Assembly (NCBI GenBank): GCA_038883335.1
Contig: JAVZMI010000002.1
Location: forward strand, 9,242-73,241
DNA from: Candidatus Bathyarchaeia archaeon
GTDB taxonomy: Archaea > Thermoproteota > Bathyarchaeia > Hecatellales > Hecatellaceae
Direction of reading: 5' to 3'
DNA length: 64,000 nucleotides
Of the stretch, positions 8,303-18,175 are shown piece after piece. The notes under the pieces are model-generated. The model worked only from the letters and a program-made list of their open reading frames with translations, was not told the origin of the DNA and did not search any database. Positions within the stretch are counted from its first letter, which is position 1; every line of letters starts with the position of its first letter. The position numbers were made by a program, and so were the translations under genes.

Positions 8303-9646
8303 CTAAGGCTCTAGTAGATGTCGTTGAAGTAGCTTCTCCATGTAGCGCGGCACACTAGCAGGCTCAACCACCCCATCCTCTGTTATTATGCCCGAGATCA
8401 GACTAGGTGGGGTTATGTCGAAATACAAATTTCTGACGGTCATACTTGGCGGGAAGCTATCCAGCACATCTGATGGGTCCCTCTCCTCGAGTATAGGTTC
8501 TTCGCCAAGATAGTTTCTAACATCGAACTTGGAGAACTCACAAACCGCATAGAACGGGATACCCTTATCCTTCGCGGCCAACGCAATCAAATAAGTTCCC
8601 ACCTTATTGACTAGTGAGCCATCGGCGAGTACGCTATCCGCACCAACTAACACCATGTCAGCTTCAGTAATGAAGTGGCCAACTGCTGCGTCGGTGATTA
8701 GCGTTACGGGTACCCCTACCGTTGAAAGCTCAGCTGCAACCTCTCTTCCCTCGCAGAGCGGCCTTGACTCTGAAACTACGACTCTCATCCTTCTCCCTTC
8801 CGAGGCTACCTGCTTGAATGTCTCAATAACCATCGAGCTGTTGCTATGCGTTAGCACTGTGTACCCGTCGCCAATATTTCTACACGCTTCCCTCACAGCC
8901 TTCTTCGAAGACAGCTCTAAACCTTTAACCGCCTCCTCGACCTCCCGTGCAACTGAGATTTTTAGTGAAGCCAAACTCGTAGCTTTAAGTCTTAAAATTC
9001 GGGAGCACAGGAGATCTATAATGTTAGCAATTGAACACATGCTGGGTTTAAGGTTTCTAAGCCTCTCAGCTGTCTCCTCGAGGCGCCGCAAACATTCCTC
9101 GGGAGCCCCCAGCTCGCATGCATCCGCAGCTAACCTCAAAGTCTGAGCGGCTTCCACTGCAAGTTGCCGTGCACCCCGCTTTCTATCAGATGCTATCTCC
9201 CAGAGTTTCCTAGCGACATCCGGGCTTGGTGGAAGTCTAGCGTCAAACTTAACCCTCATAAGCGCCTGCCGGAGCATGGGCACAGTTTCGTATAGGTCTA
9301 TCTCCTCCGGTTTTATCCACCGGTATTCCTCGTTCTCCCAGTTTACCGTTATACTTGGCTTGTCAGCCTTGAAGAGATAGGGATACACAACCCATAGAAC
9401 ATTTTTCTCCTTGTCGGGAACTAGCAGGAGCTTACCTTTAACGGCTAGGTGAACTTCCCGAGCGTTGAGACCTACCTCCTCTTGGATCTCTATTAGCGCC
9501 CTGCTCGAAGGGTCTTCGTTCCCCTCAATATAGCCGCTGACCCCGGCCCACTTGCCCTTGAAAGTTCCAACCCTACCGCTCCGTTTGAGAATTAAAATCA
9601 GCCCGTTATATTCGAGGAAAACTGTTACAACTTTTCTCAGCTCCAA
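8303..9646 (-). CDS. fusion protein: N-terminal Nudix hydrolase domain + C-terminal eIF-2B alpha/beta/delta-family domain
   Basis: 447 aa. Nudix box GYIEGNEDPSSRALIEIQEEVGL has I in place of the usual R. The C-terminal domain, GYTVLTHSNSS ... SESRPLCEGRE ... LITDAAVGHFITEADMVLVGADSVLADGSLVNKVGT ... FYAVCEFSKF, is full-length IF-2B family but has Ser where e2b2/MtnA carry the catalytic Cys (THSNS vs THCNS). Confidence 0.75.
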   Translation of the reverse strand: MELRKVVTVFLEYNGLILILKRSGRVGTFKGKWAGVSGYIEGNEDPSSRALIEIQEEVGLNAREVHLAVKGKLLLVPDKEKNVLWVVYPYLFKADKPSITVNWENEEYRWIKPEEIDLYETVPMLRQALMRVKFDARLPPSPDVARKLWEIASDRKRGARQLAVEAAQTLRLAADACELGAPEECLRRLEETAERLRNLKPSMCSIANIIDLLCSRILRLKATSLASLKISVAREVEEAVKGLELSSKKAVREACRNIGDGYTVLTHSNSSMVIETFKQVASEGRRMRVVVSESRPLCEGREVAAELSTVGVPVTLITDAAVGHFITEADMVLVGADSVLADGSLVNKVGTYLIALAAKDKGIPFYAVCEFSKFDVRNYLGEEPILEERDPSDVLDSFPPSMTVRNLYFDITPPSLISGIITEDGVVEPASVPRYMEKLLQRHLLEP

Positions 9647-9778
9647 AGGTCCAACCTCCGATTCAGAGTAACAAGCCTCCTTAAAACCTGAGAATTAGGT
9701 TAAAACGACAACTGAGGAGGCGCGCCTAGGAAGTGCAAAGGGGATACAATAATAACATGAGGATACGTATCGCCTATT

Positions 9779-10222
9779 TCAGGTTATGATTATGTTGTCT
9801 ATGTCGTAGTATCTTTTCACAAGGTATCTGCCTCTCTCAGCCTTCTCTCCACCTCGGCCGATAGCTGCACCCTTGTCCCTAGGATCTACCGTGACGACAG
9901 CTATCTTCCTGCCATCGAGCTTCTCGGTTATACGAATCTCCTTTATCCTCGCCGGGCTGAAAAGATTCTTTATGAACTCAGTAGGGGTCTCAGCATACTC
10001 AACTATCTCAATATCTCTCCCAGTCATCCTCTTAAGCGCCTTCACCTTTGACCCCCCTTCCCCTATGGCTAAACCCGCTTCATTAGGCTTAGTCACGAAG
10101 ATAATTCTGTTACTATTCTTGTCAATGAGACAGTCTCGGGAGGTGGCTCCAGTTACACTCTCGAAAAGTGCAATGTAACGCATCTCGTCAGCTGTGAGCT
10201 TTATCTTATTTGATATCAACAC
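9779..10222 (-). CDS. nusA: transcription elongation/termination factor NusA (archaeal, two KH domains)
   Basis: 147 aa. KH GxxG motifs IGEGGSKV and IGRGGEKA. Position after L30e in the RNAP operon. Confidence 0.8.
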   Translation of the reverse strand: MLISNKIKLTADEMRYIALFESVTGATSRDCLIDKNSNRIIFVTKPNEAGLAIGEGGSKVKALKRMTGRDIEIVEYAETPTEFIKNLFSPARIKEIRITEKLDGRKIAVVTVDPRDKGAAIGRGGEKAERGRYLVKRYYDIDNIIIT

Positions 10223-10523
10223 CCTTCACCAACCTCATGAGAGTTTCACTTTCCCCGATCTCCGCCAAAGCCATTGCTGCAACCGTATGAGTTCTACTAC
10301 ATGCGACCCCCAGATCGGTGCTTGAACTCGGATATTGAAATACAGGCGTATTCGACAGTTTCGCGAGCATGTTTACCTCAGCTCTAACTTTCTCAGGACA
10401 ATTTGAAGCTAATATAACAAGTTTAGCCTTCCCACTTTTCAGCATCTCCAAGGCCTGTTTGCAGCCAAACCTAGCCTTACCCGCCTTTAACGCCATCAAG
10501 ATGGCTTTATTCATATATGACAT
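10206..10523 (-). CDS. rpl30e: ribosomal protein L30e (eL30)
   Basis: 105 aa. GKARFGCKQALEMLKSGKAKLVILASNCP is typical eL30. Confidence 0.85.
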   Translation of the reverse strand: MSYMNKAILMALKAGKARFGCKQALEMLKSGKAKLVILASNCPEKVRAEVNMLAKLSNTPVFQYPSSSTDLGVACSRTHTVAAMALAEIGESETLMRLVKGVDIK

Positions 10524-10598
10524 TCTTACACCGCCCTAAACCACACCCTAACAATAGTTGAAATATAATTAAAGCAATATGATTTCGCGATACTAATT

Positions 10599-13500
10599 TT
10601 AAGACCTCTCCTTGCCTGGTGCCATGTAGAGATTAACAGTACCAGTCCCTACAGGGATCATTTGACCACATATCACACTCTCGGTTACTCCGGTTAGATT
10701 ATCCTCCAGACCTCTAACGGCTGCAGAGATCAGTGTTGGAACTGTTATCTCAAAGGCAGCTCTCGCTAGGACACTGGCCTTCTCACCGCTCACCCCATGC
10801 CGCCCAATCTGCATAACTTCGCCAAGACAGGTCATCATGTCTGCGACCAGCATAACATGTCTAATGTCAACATCTAACCCTTGTTCACTCAATACGCTCC
10901 TTATCTCTCTTATCAGAGCGTTCCTAGCAGCCTCTATCCCAAGAGTCTCAGCGATCTCGTGTATGCTGTTAGTATTAGTCCTAGTCGGATCGACACCCTC
11001 TACTCTTATTACCTTTGTTAGATTCGAGCCGTCAGTCTTAATTATCCACTCCCCATCTTCCTGAGTGATTAAGGCCCTACTGATGCCTTGCACCCCCTTT
11101 ATGCATAAGGACGGGATTTTCTCAAAGAGCTTAGTTAACTCGCTAGTATCATCAGGTTTTATTTTCAACGAATCCCCATGAGTTGAGATGGAACACTTCA
11201 TAGACTTAAATGCTGACTTGATCTGGTTGAGGTTTACGCCTCCCTCCTTCATTGCCAGCCTATCAAGTTTCACGATTATCGAAGCCTCAGCCTGATCGAG
11301 AAAGATTCCTGAAGACACGTCGCGGAGGGTGGTGTAGACTAGCTTTTGGGCTATAGCAGTTGCCTTCTCCCTATCCTTTCTGAACTCCCCCTGCAAATAA
11401 ACCGTCATGATAGGTGTGGAAGGGATCTTTCGAGCATCTACCAACTCGATGATTCGTGGAAGACCTAGGGTAACGTTCATCTCCTTAACGCCGGCAAAGT
11501 GGAAGGTTCGTAGAGTCATCTGTGTGCCAGGCTCACCTATCGACTGTGCAGCAACCACCCCCACGGATTCTCCAGGTTCAATCTTCGCCATACTATAATC
11601 GCGAACCGTGGTTGAGATAACCTTGTCCACGGCCTCCTTACTAAGCTTCGACCCTGAGAGGTCCTTCCTCAGCTCATTGATAAGTAGGGGGGTTAATTCA
11701 TTTTTAACCTCGTCCAATCTTTCATTAATATAACGCTCAGACGCAGCCATTCCTCCAGAAGTGGAAAGTTTCACCCTCTCGACAAGCCGCTCAATATTGA
11801 CGGCTTTGCCGTGGTCGCTCTTGGCAGGGTCAACTCCGTCCTCTCCATAACGGAATTGGATAATTTGACCGGTAGCCGTTCTCACAGTCTCGTCATGTTC
11901 AACCCTTAAATCTTGGAGGGCATTAACGAGGCGGCGTTGCATATAACCACTCTGCTGAGTTCGAACAGCCGTGTCCACCAAGCCCTCCCTGCCACCGATA
12001 GCGTGGAAGAAGAATTCAGTCGGCGACAAACCGTCTCGGTATGATCTGTAGACGAAGCCGCGGGCTTCGGGGCTAGGGTCGCCGGGTTCGAAGTGGGGCA
12101 AGGCACGATTCCTGTAGCCGCGAATTATCCTCTTCCCTCGAACTGACTGCTGACCTAGGCAGGCCGTCATTTGACCTATATTTAGGCTTGAACCGCGAGC
12201 TCCAGTCCTAGTCATTATAGCCCCGCTATTCTCCATACCAAAGTAATAGTTAGCCTTGGCCCCAGCCTCGTCGCGAGCCTTGGCAAGCTCGTTCATAGCG
12301 TAGATCTCGAACGACTCCTCGATGGAACGGCCAGGCAGCCTCGGTAGAGTTCCATCCTTAAGTGAGGCTGTCAACTTAGTTATGTACTTTTTAGCGTCAG
12401 CTGTTCTCTTCTCTATAGCCGATTTAACCTCCTGTGATATATCCAACTCTTCCAGAGAGTAGGAGAACCCTTTTAGAGATAAGAAATTGTTTACGAGTCT
12501 GCAGAGAGAATTCATAAAGGCTTTGCCTGCTTCAGTTCCATACTCTTTTATTATTCTGTGTAAAATGCTCTCTGACTTTTCAGCCCCTATAGCACTCCTG
12601 TCTATCACGCCGGACAGCAGTTTCCCATTTTTAATAACGACATAAGCATCCTTGTCGCAGTCTTCGTAGAGGCATTTGGGGCAACCAGGGCAGATGTTAG
12701 CTTTCATGACGTAGTCCAGCCCCTTCGGTAGTAGGAGACTGAATAAGTCCTTGCCAGACCATAACGGTTCTTTACCTTTTACAGTTGGCTCTGGAATTTC
12801 ACCTTCATAACCAATCGAGACCAGCAGATTGCACAGCTCATCCCTACGGAGGAACGTAGTCTTTCTAGTTAGGAGGTATGATGCTGTGATGAAGTCCCGA
12901 ATAGCGCCAATAAGAGGCCCACCATATCTCGGGGAGAGAATTTGATTTTGAACCTGCATTAAGACCCTAGCCTCTGTCACTGCCTCCTCCGTTTGTGGAA
13001 CATGGAGGTTCATTTCATCCCCATCGAAATCAGCGTTGTAGGGAGGACATACACAGAGGTGTAGTCTAAAAGTCTTATATGGTAGAACTTTGACGAAGTG
13101 TGCCATCATAGACATTCTATGAAGGGAAGGCTGCCTATTGAAGACCACCACATCGCCGTCCTTCAGGTGGCGTTCTACGATAAAGTGAGGCTGGAGGCTT
13201 TCGGCGACTTTACTTCTATCGACTACGAATTCAAGTCTGATACGCTTGCCGTCAGGCCTAACCACGTAGAGAGCCCCAGGGTAGGTTGATGGCCCATTCT
13301 TTACAAGTTGCCGGAGCTCTTCGATGTTCCACTCGGTTACAACTTCCGGATAGGTTAGCCGCATCGCTATCTCCAATGGTACCCCTACCTCATCGATGCT
13401 GAGGTTTGGGTCAGGGGAGATTACAGTCCTAGCTGAAAAGTCTACTCGTTTGCCGGAGAGGTTACTTCTGAATCTACCCTCCTTGCCCTTCAACCTCTGC

Positions 13501-14423
13501 GAGAGAGTCCTTAAAGCCCTACCAGACCTGTGCCTAGCTGGAGGAATCCCAGAAGTCTCATTGTCGAAGAAGGTTGTAACATGGTATTGGAGGAGGTCTG
13601 AAAGTTCGCGAAAGATGAGAGGAGGAGCGCCGCCTTCAGCCGCATACTCTTTGAGGCGATTATTTATTCGTATTATATCGACCAGTTTATGTGTTAGATC
13701 GTCCTCAGACCTTATGCCTGACTCGAGCATTATCGAGGGTCTAACGGCAACGGGCGGGACGGGTAAAACTTGTAGAACCATCCATTCTGGTCGAGCGGAT
13801 TGAGGAGAGAAACCTAAGACCGCAAGATCCTCGCTCTTTATTAGTTCTAATCTTCCCCTTATGATGGACGGTTCGAGGGGGCGTGTCCCTTCATCCGTGA
13901 TTTCGAAGAAGTTTGTGGGCTTACTAAATTCGATATGGTTATGTTTCTTCATACAATGTGGACACCTAATATTCTTCCTCGCTTCATGCCTAACCTCCTC
14001 GTATATGTTCACAGGATCGATGCCGACTTCATCTCTGGCTTTTGCTATTCTAGCCTTATACTCCTCAACTTTTTCATCTGAGAGGAGGATTCTACCACAC
14101 TCGCTACAGAATAGGTTTAAAAGTTCATGTATAATCTTTGTAAAACCTGTGTGAATAACTGGCGTAACGAGTTCTATATGACCGAAGTGACCAGGACATT
14201 TCGCCGGGGGATTCCCGCAGGTTTTACACCGTGTCCTAGGCTCCAATGTACCCATGCGTTCATCCATCAGCCCCATCGGTATCGGCGCCCCATCCTCGTC
14301 GTAGGTGTCAGCCTCTTGCAATTCGACGACGGATAATTTCCTGATCTCCTGAGGGGATTGGACGCCGAACTTGATCTTCTTGATAGTTTTTGTTACCTCT
14401 TCTACTACTTCCAGCGACATCAT
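10599..14423 (-). CDS. rpoA: DNA-directed RNA polymerase largest subunit, unsplit (A' and A'' in a single 1274-aa ORF)
   Basis: Zinc motifs CKTCG, the NADFDGDEMN catalytic loop and the bridge helix GGREGLVDTAVRTQQSGYMQRRL are all present. The A'' trigger-loop region AAQSIGEPGTQMTLRTFHFAG follows in the same frame with no stop. Confidence 0.95.
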   Translation of the reverse strand: MMSLEVVEEVTKTIKKIKFGVQSPQEIRKLSVVELQEADTYDEDGAPIPMGLMDERMGTLEPRTRCKTCGNPPAKCPGHFGHIELVTPVIHTGFTKIIHELLNLFCSECGRILLSDEKVEEYKARIAKARDEVGIDPVNIYEEVRHEARKNIRCPHCMKKHNHIEFSKPTNFFEITDEGTRPLEPSIIRGRLELIKSEDLAVLGFSPQSARPEWMVLQVLPVPPVAVRPSIMLESGIRSEDDLTHKLVDIIRINNRLKEYAAEGGAPPLIFRELSDLLQYHVTTFFDNETSGIPPARHRSGRALRTLSQRLKGKEGRFRSNLSGKRVDFSARTVISPDPNLSIDEVGVPLEIAMRLTYPEVVTEWNIEELRQLVKNGPSTYPGALYVVRPDGKRIRLEFVVDRSKVAESLQPHFIVERHLKDGDVVVFNRQPSLHRMSMMAHFVKVLPYKTFRLHLCVCPPYNADFDGDEMNLHVPQTEEAVTEARVLMQVQNQILSPRYGGPLIGAIRDFITASYLLTRKTTFLRRDELCNLLVSIGYEGEIPEPTVKGKEPLWSGKDLFSLLLPKGLDYVMKANICPGCPKCLYEDCDKDAYVVIKNGKLLSGVIDRSAIGAEKSESILHRIIKEYGTEAGKAFMNSLCRLVNNFLSLKGFSYSLEELDISQEVKSAIEKRTADAKKYITKLTASLKDGTLPRLPGRSIEESFEIYAMNELAKARDEAGAKANYYFGMENSGAIMTRTGARGSSLNIGQMTACLGQQSVRGKRIIRGYRNRALPHFEPGDPSPEARGFVYRSYRDGLSPTEFFFHAIGGREGLVDTAVRTQQSGYMQRRLVNALQDLRVEHDETVRTATGQIIQFRYGEDGVDPAKSDHGKAVNIERLVERVKLSTSGGMAASERYINERLDEVKNELTPLLINELRKDLSGSKLSKEAVDKVISTTVRDYSMAKIEPGESVGVVAAQSIGEPGTQMTLRTFHFAGVKEMNVTLGLPRIIELVDARKIPSTPIMTVYLQGEFRKDREKATAIAQKLVYTTLRDVSSGIFLDQAEASIIVKLDRLAMKEGGVNLNQIKSAFKSMKCSISTHGDSLKIKPDDTSELTKLFEKIPSLCIKGVQGISRALITQEDGEWIIKTDGSNLTKVIRVEGVDPTRTNTNSIHEIAETLGIEAARNALIREIRSVLSEQGLDVDIRHVMLVADMMTCLGEVMQIGRHGVSGEKASVLARAAFEITVPTLISAAVRGLEDNLTGVTESVICGQMIPVGTGTVNLYMAPGKERS

Positions 14424-17400
14424 GTTCTGTCCTCCAGAATTAGTCTAGGAGCAAGGCATAGACTCATCAGTTCTTGGAGAAGAAGTTTGAAGGCGTATGA
14501 AACTACCACAGGCGACACAATAGCGTCATCGCCACAAAGGTTGCAGACGTATCTCCTCTGCATCTGGTCGTAGTAAGCGATAAAGCCACAATGCTCACAG
14601 ACATACATCACACACCTATCAGACTCGTCTAATAGCCTGTTCTTTAGGAGAACTGCCGCCCCATGACCTATTAAACAGTCTCTCTCCATCTCCCCAAAAC
14701 GGAGACCACCACCTCTAGCTCTCCCTTCAGTAGGCTGCCTTGTTAACATTTGAACTTGACCTCTAGACCGGGCGTGCATCTTGTCAGCAACCATGTGATG
14801 GAGCTTCTGGTAATAGATCACACCCATGAAGACGTCGGCAACGAGTTTCTCACCTGTCATGCCATTATACAGAGTTTCTCTTCCACTGTGGTGAAAACCT
14901 AACTCCTTTAAAGCTCTCCTCAACTCCTCAGGTTTAGTGCCTACGAAAGGGGTACCATCGATTGTGTGCCCACAAACTGAGGCAACCTTGCCTGCCAGAG
15001 TCTCTACAAGTTGCCCTACAGTCATTCTAGATGGGAAAGCGTGAGGATTTATGATTATATCCGGGACTATCCCGTCCTCCGTGAATGGCATATCTTCTTG
15101 AGGAACCAACATCCCTATGACGCCTTTCTGCCCGTGGCGGGAGGCAAACTTGTCGCCGAGCTCTGCAGGCCGAGTGTCTCTAACCTTGACTTTTACAATT
15201 CTAGTACCTTGCGATGTATCAGTCAAAAAGACTGTGTCCACAACTCCCTTTTCGGATGGTCTCATGGTAATCGAGGTATCCCTCCTCGTAGGCCCTTTGA
15301 CTTCAAACTCCTTGTATTCTTCAAGGAAACGTGGCGGACTTGTCCTGCCCACTAAAACGTCAGAGCCAGAAACCTCGGCTTCAACACCAACTATCCCGTC
15401 GGCTTCCAAGAGGCGATAGCTCTGTTCACCCCTAAAGCCTCTAGCCCCAGCCTCAGGAATCTCGAAGCGGTCTTTCCCTCCACCGAGGTATTGCCTTGAC
15501 TCAGCTTCATATACCCTATAGAAAATCGACCTGCCCAACCCCCGCTCTACTGATGACTTGTTGAAGACCAGAGCATCTTCCATATTATATCCTTCGAAGG
15601 ATAGAACCGCTATAACGTAGTTCTGGCCGAGCGGTCTTTCATCATAACCCACCGTGAGCATAGTCTTAGTGGTGACTAGAGGTGTTTGAGGATAACTCAG
15701 AATGTACGACCTCGAGTCAGCTCTCAGATGGAAGTTAGTGGAGTAGATCCCTAAAGCCTGCTTTACCATTGCCGCCTCGTATGAGTTTCTCGGGGATTGG
15801 TTATGTTCAGGGTACGGTATGAGTGAGGCGCAGATACCTAGGATGGTGTAGGGTGCTATCTCAAGGTGTGTATGTTTCGGTGTGAGGTCACTTTCGAATA
15901 TTGCAATGTAAGCATTCTCCTCTTCGTCAGCGTCTAAAAACTCAATGATGCCATTCTTGATCAGATACTCCCACGAAATCTCTCCACTCTTAAGTTTCTC
16001 TATATGCTCAGAAGTAAGGAGAGGGCGGCCATCCCTGCAGACAATTAAGGGCCGCCGAACTCTTCCGGCATCATAGGTTACGTGAACCTCTCTGAGGATG
16101 ACCCTCGTAGACCTCTCTTCATAAAAGGCGATGTTGATCTCATGGCTGATCTCACCCTTCCTCCTCAGCTCTCTAATTCTCGACACAAGTCCAAGAGGGT
16201 CGCTACAATACCCTATAACCCCATCAAGGAATACTTTAGCTCCGTTAACTTTGAGCTCTCTGCTAGCTTTTTCCAATTCTACAACGCCAAGGTTCAGTAG
16301 AAGCGCCCTGACTTTTTCTCGGTCTATACCTACCGATATAGACGACGAGAGAGCGAGATTCTTTACGAGACCACAATTCGAGCCTTCGGGTGTTTCATTT
16401 GGGCATAGCCGCCCCCAATGGGTGGAGTGGAGGTCTCTAGCTTCAAAGTTGGGCTGACTTCGGCTAAGGGGAGATTGAAGACGGCGAAGGTGGCTTAGAG
16501 AGGCCACGTAGTTTGTCCTATCAAGTAGCTGAGTAACACCAACCTTACCCCGCCCCCAGTTACCGGTGGCTAGGGCATGCTGAATCCTCTCGGTGATAAT
16601 ACCAGGTCTGACTGCAGCGTTAATTGCACCTATGGCGCCAACTCGCTTCAGACTGGTTCGCTCCAGCTGGTATTTCATATCACGGCAAAGGTTGCGAAAC
16701 ATTGTTCTGAATAGATCTGCCAATAGAACTCCGGCCAATTTCACCCGCTTATTAGCATAATGATCTTTGTCGTCAGATGCTCTGATGCCGAGTTTGAGTT
16801 CTATCATCCGATTAGCTATCTCACCTAGGAAATAGGCCTTCTCCTTCCGTTTGTCTGGCGTTCTACCTATGTGTGGTAGAAAGTTCCTGTCTATAACTCC
16901 CTCAGCCTTCTTGAGTCTGTACTCTTCAATCTGACCGAAGGCAACCCTGTTACCAATGTATAGGATCGCATCTGAGGTTTTGAGGACCCCCTCAGACTTC
17001 TCGAATGAAGGCTCCAGTTGATCCTGTATCTCCTCCAGCGGCGAGACAACCTCAGCTATCTCTCTATCTGCCTCAACCCCTAAAGCCTTCATCAAGATTA
17101 CAAATGGTATGTCCGCAACAACTCCAGGGATGGAGACATTTATAGACCCGTCAGATTTCATCTTGACTTCTATGCGAGCTCTGAACCCGACGGTTGTTGA
17201 GAAGACTTTTGCTTTGTAGGCTACACCGACCCCCGACTCGTCATAGTCTACTAGAATACGGTTAGCGGCGAGATCTTCGAGACCTACCATTACTCTTTCT
17301 GAGCCGTTTATGATGAAGTAGCCACCCGGGTCTCTTGGATCCTCACCCATCCGAATTAGTTCATCTTCACTCACCCCTGAAAGGTTGCATTTTTTTGATT

Positions 17401-17770
17401 TTACCATTATGGGTATGTCGCCTATGTAGATGGGTTCGAGTGGGGATATCCTCTTTCCATCCCTCTCGATACACATTTCTAGGTAGAGAGGGGCTGCATA
17501 AGTGATATTGCGAAGCCTAGCCTCCATGGGGAGGATGCCATGGGCGGACCCGTCTACCTCCACAACCTTGGGCTTCTCAAGATTAACCTTCCCAAACCTG
17601 ATTCTGTAACGGTTCTCAGCTGCTATATCTATACCGCCTACCTCATCAACTATAGCTTGCAGACCATTCTCTATGAAGTCATCGTAGGATTTCAGATGTT
17701 GCTTTACCAAACCTTCCTCTTTGAGAAAACGCTCCACGAGGCTCCAATACTGTTCGTGTGACGCGGCCAT
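14420..17770 (-). CDS. rpoB: DNA-directed RNA polymerase subunit B (unsplit)
   Basis: 1116 aa. GEMERDCLIGHGAAVLL, a C-terminal Zn ribbon and a 4-nt overlap with rpoA. Confidence 0.95.
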   Translation of the reverse strand: MAASHEQYWSLVERFLKEEGLVKQHLKSYDDFIENGLQAIVDEVGGIDIAAENRYRIRFGKVNLEKPKVVEVDGSAHGILPMEARLRNITYAAPLYLEMCIERDGKRISPLEPIYIGDIPIMVKSKKCNLSGVSEDELIRMGEDPRDPGGYFIINGSERVMVGLEDLAANRILVDYDESGVGVAYKAKVFSTTVGFRARIEVKMKSDGSINVSIPGVVADIPFVILMKALGVEADREIAEVVSPLEEIQDQLEPSFEKSEGVLKTSDAILYIGNRVAFGQIEEYRLKKAEGVIDRNFLPHIGRTPDKRKEKAYFLGEIANRMIELKLGIRASDDKDHYANKRVKLAGVLLADLFRTMFRNLCRDMKYQLERTSLKRVGAIGAINAAVRPGIITERIQHALATGNWGRGKVGVTQLLDRTNYVASLSHLRRLQSPLSRSQPNFEARDLHSTHWGRLCPNETPEGSNCGLVKNLALSSSISVGIDREKVRALLLNLGVVELEKASRELKVNGAKVFLDGVIGYCSDPLGLVSRIRELRRKGEISHEINIAFYEERSTRVILREVHVTYDAGRVRRPLIVCRDGRPLLTSEHIEKLKSGEISWEYLIKNGIIEFLDADEEENAYIAIFESDLTPKHTHLEIAPYTILGICASLIPYPEHNQSPRNSYEAAMVKQALGIYSTNFHLRADSRSYILSYPQTPLVTTKTMLTVGYDERPLGQNYVIAVLSFEGYNMEDALVFNKSSVERGLGRSIFYRVYEAESRQYLGGGKDRFEIPEAGARGFRGEQSYRLLEADGIVGVEAEVSGSDVLVGRTSPPRFLEEYKEFEVKGPTRRDTSITMRPSEKGVVDTVFLTDTSQGTRIVKVKVRDTRPAELGDKFASRHGQKGVIGMLVPQEDMPFTEDGIVPDIIINPHAFPSRMTVGQLVETLAGKVASVCGHTIDGTPFVGTKPEELRRALKELGFHHSGRETLYNGMTGEKLVADVFMGVIYYQKLHHMVADKMHARSRGQVQMLTRQPTEGRARGGGLRFGEMERDCLIGHGAAVLLKNRLLDESDRCVMYVCEHCGFIAYYDQMQRRYVCNLCGDDAIVSPVVVSYAFKLLLQELMSLCLAPRLILEDRT

Positions 17771-17772
17771 AG

Positions 17773-18021
17773 CTACTCCTCCACAACATACCTATAGTAT
17801 ACACTCTCGCCTGCCGTCTCACTTTTCCTGACGATTTTTATTACGTCCCCAACTTTAGCCTTAAGAGCTTTAACTGCGGGATCCGAGAGCTTAATCCTAG
17901 GCAGCTGGTAAAGTTTGATCCTATAGGTTGATAAAAGCCGTCTAACCTCATCCTCTGAGGCTATCATATGTTCAGGAACCAGTTCATGTTTAGGTAGGGT
18001 GAATTCTTCTTCTTTCACCAA
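17773..18021 (-). CDS. rpoH: DNA-directed RNA polymerase subunit H (Rpb5 homologue)
   Basis: 82 aa. [19 protein letters not shown] ... Position upstream of rpoB. TTG start. Confidence 0.85.
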   Translation of the reverse strand: MVKEEEFTLPKHELVPEHMIASEDEVRRLLSTYRIKLYQLPRIKLSDPAVKALKAKVGDVIKIVRKSETAGESVYYRYVVEE

Positions 18022-18175
18022 AGGATATGATCACTTCTCTTAGTATAGTTAAACAATTAGTTAACAGATATGGTATTCAACTCTATGATTAACCTGCACG
18101 GGTAGAGTTTCGATAATAGAATGGAACTAATAAACTTTTTGCGAAAATAGCGAAACGTGCGCGGGAGTATAGAAC

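Noticed and set aside
8607-9146. 179-aa plus-strand ORF
   Set aside because: Antisense to the Nudix/eIF2B-like fusion gene. The S/T-rich translation is typical of a non-coding frame.
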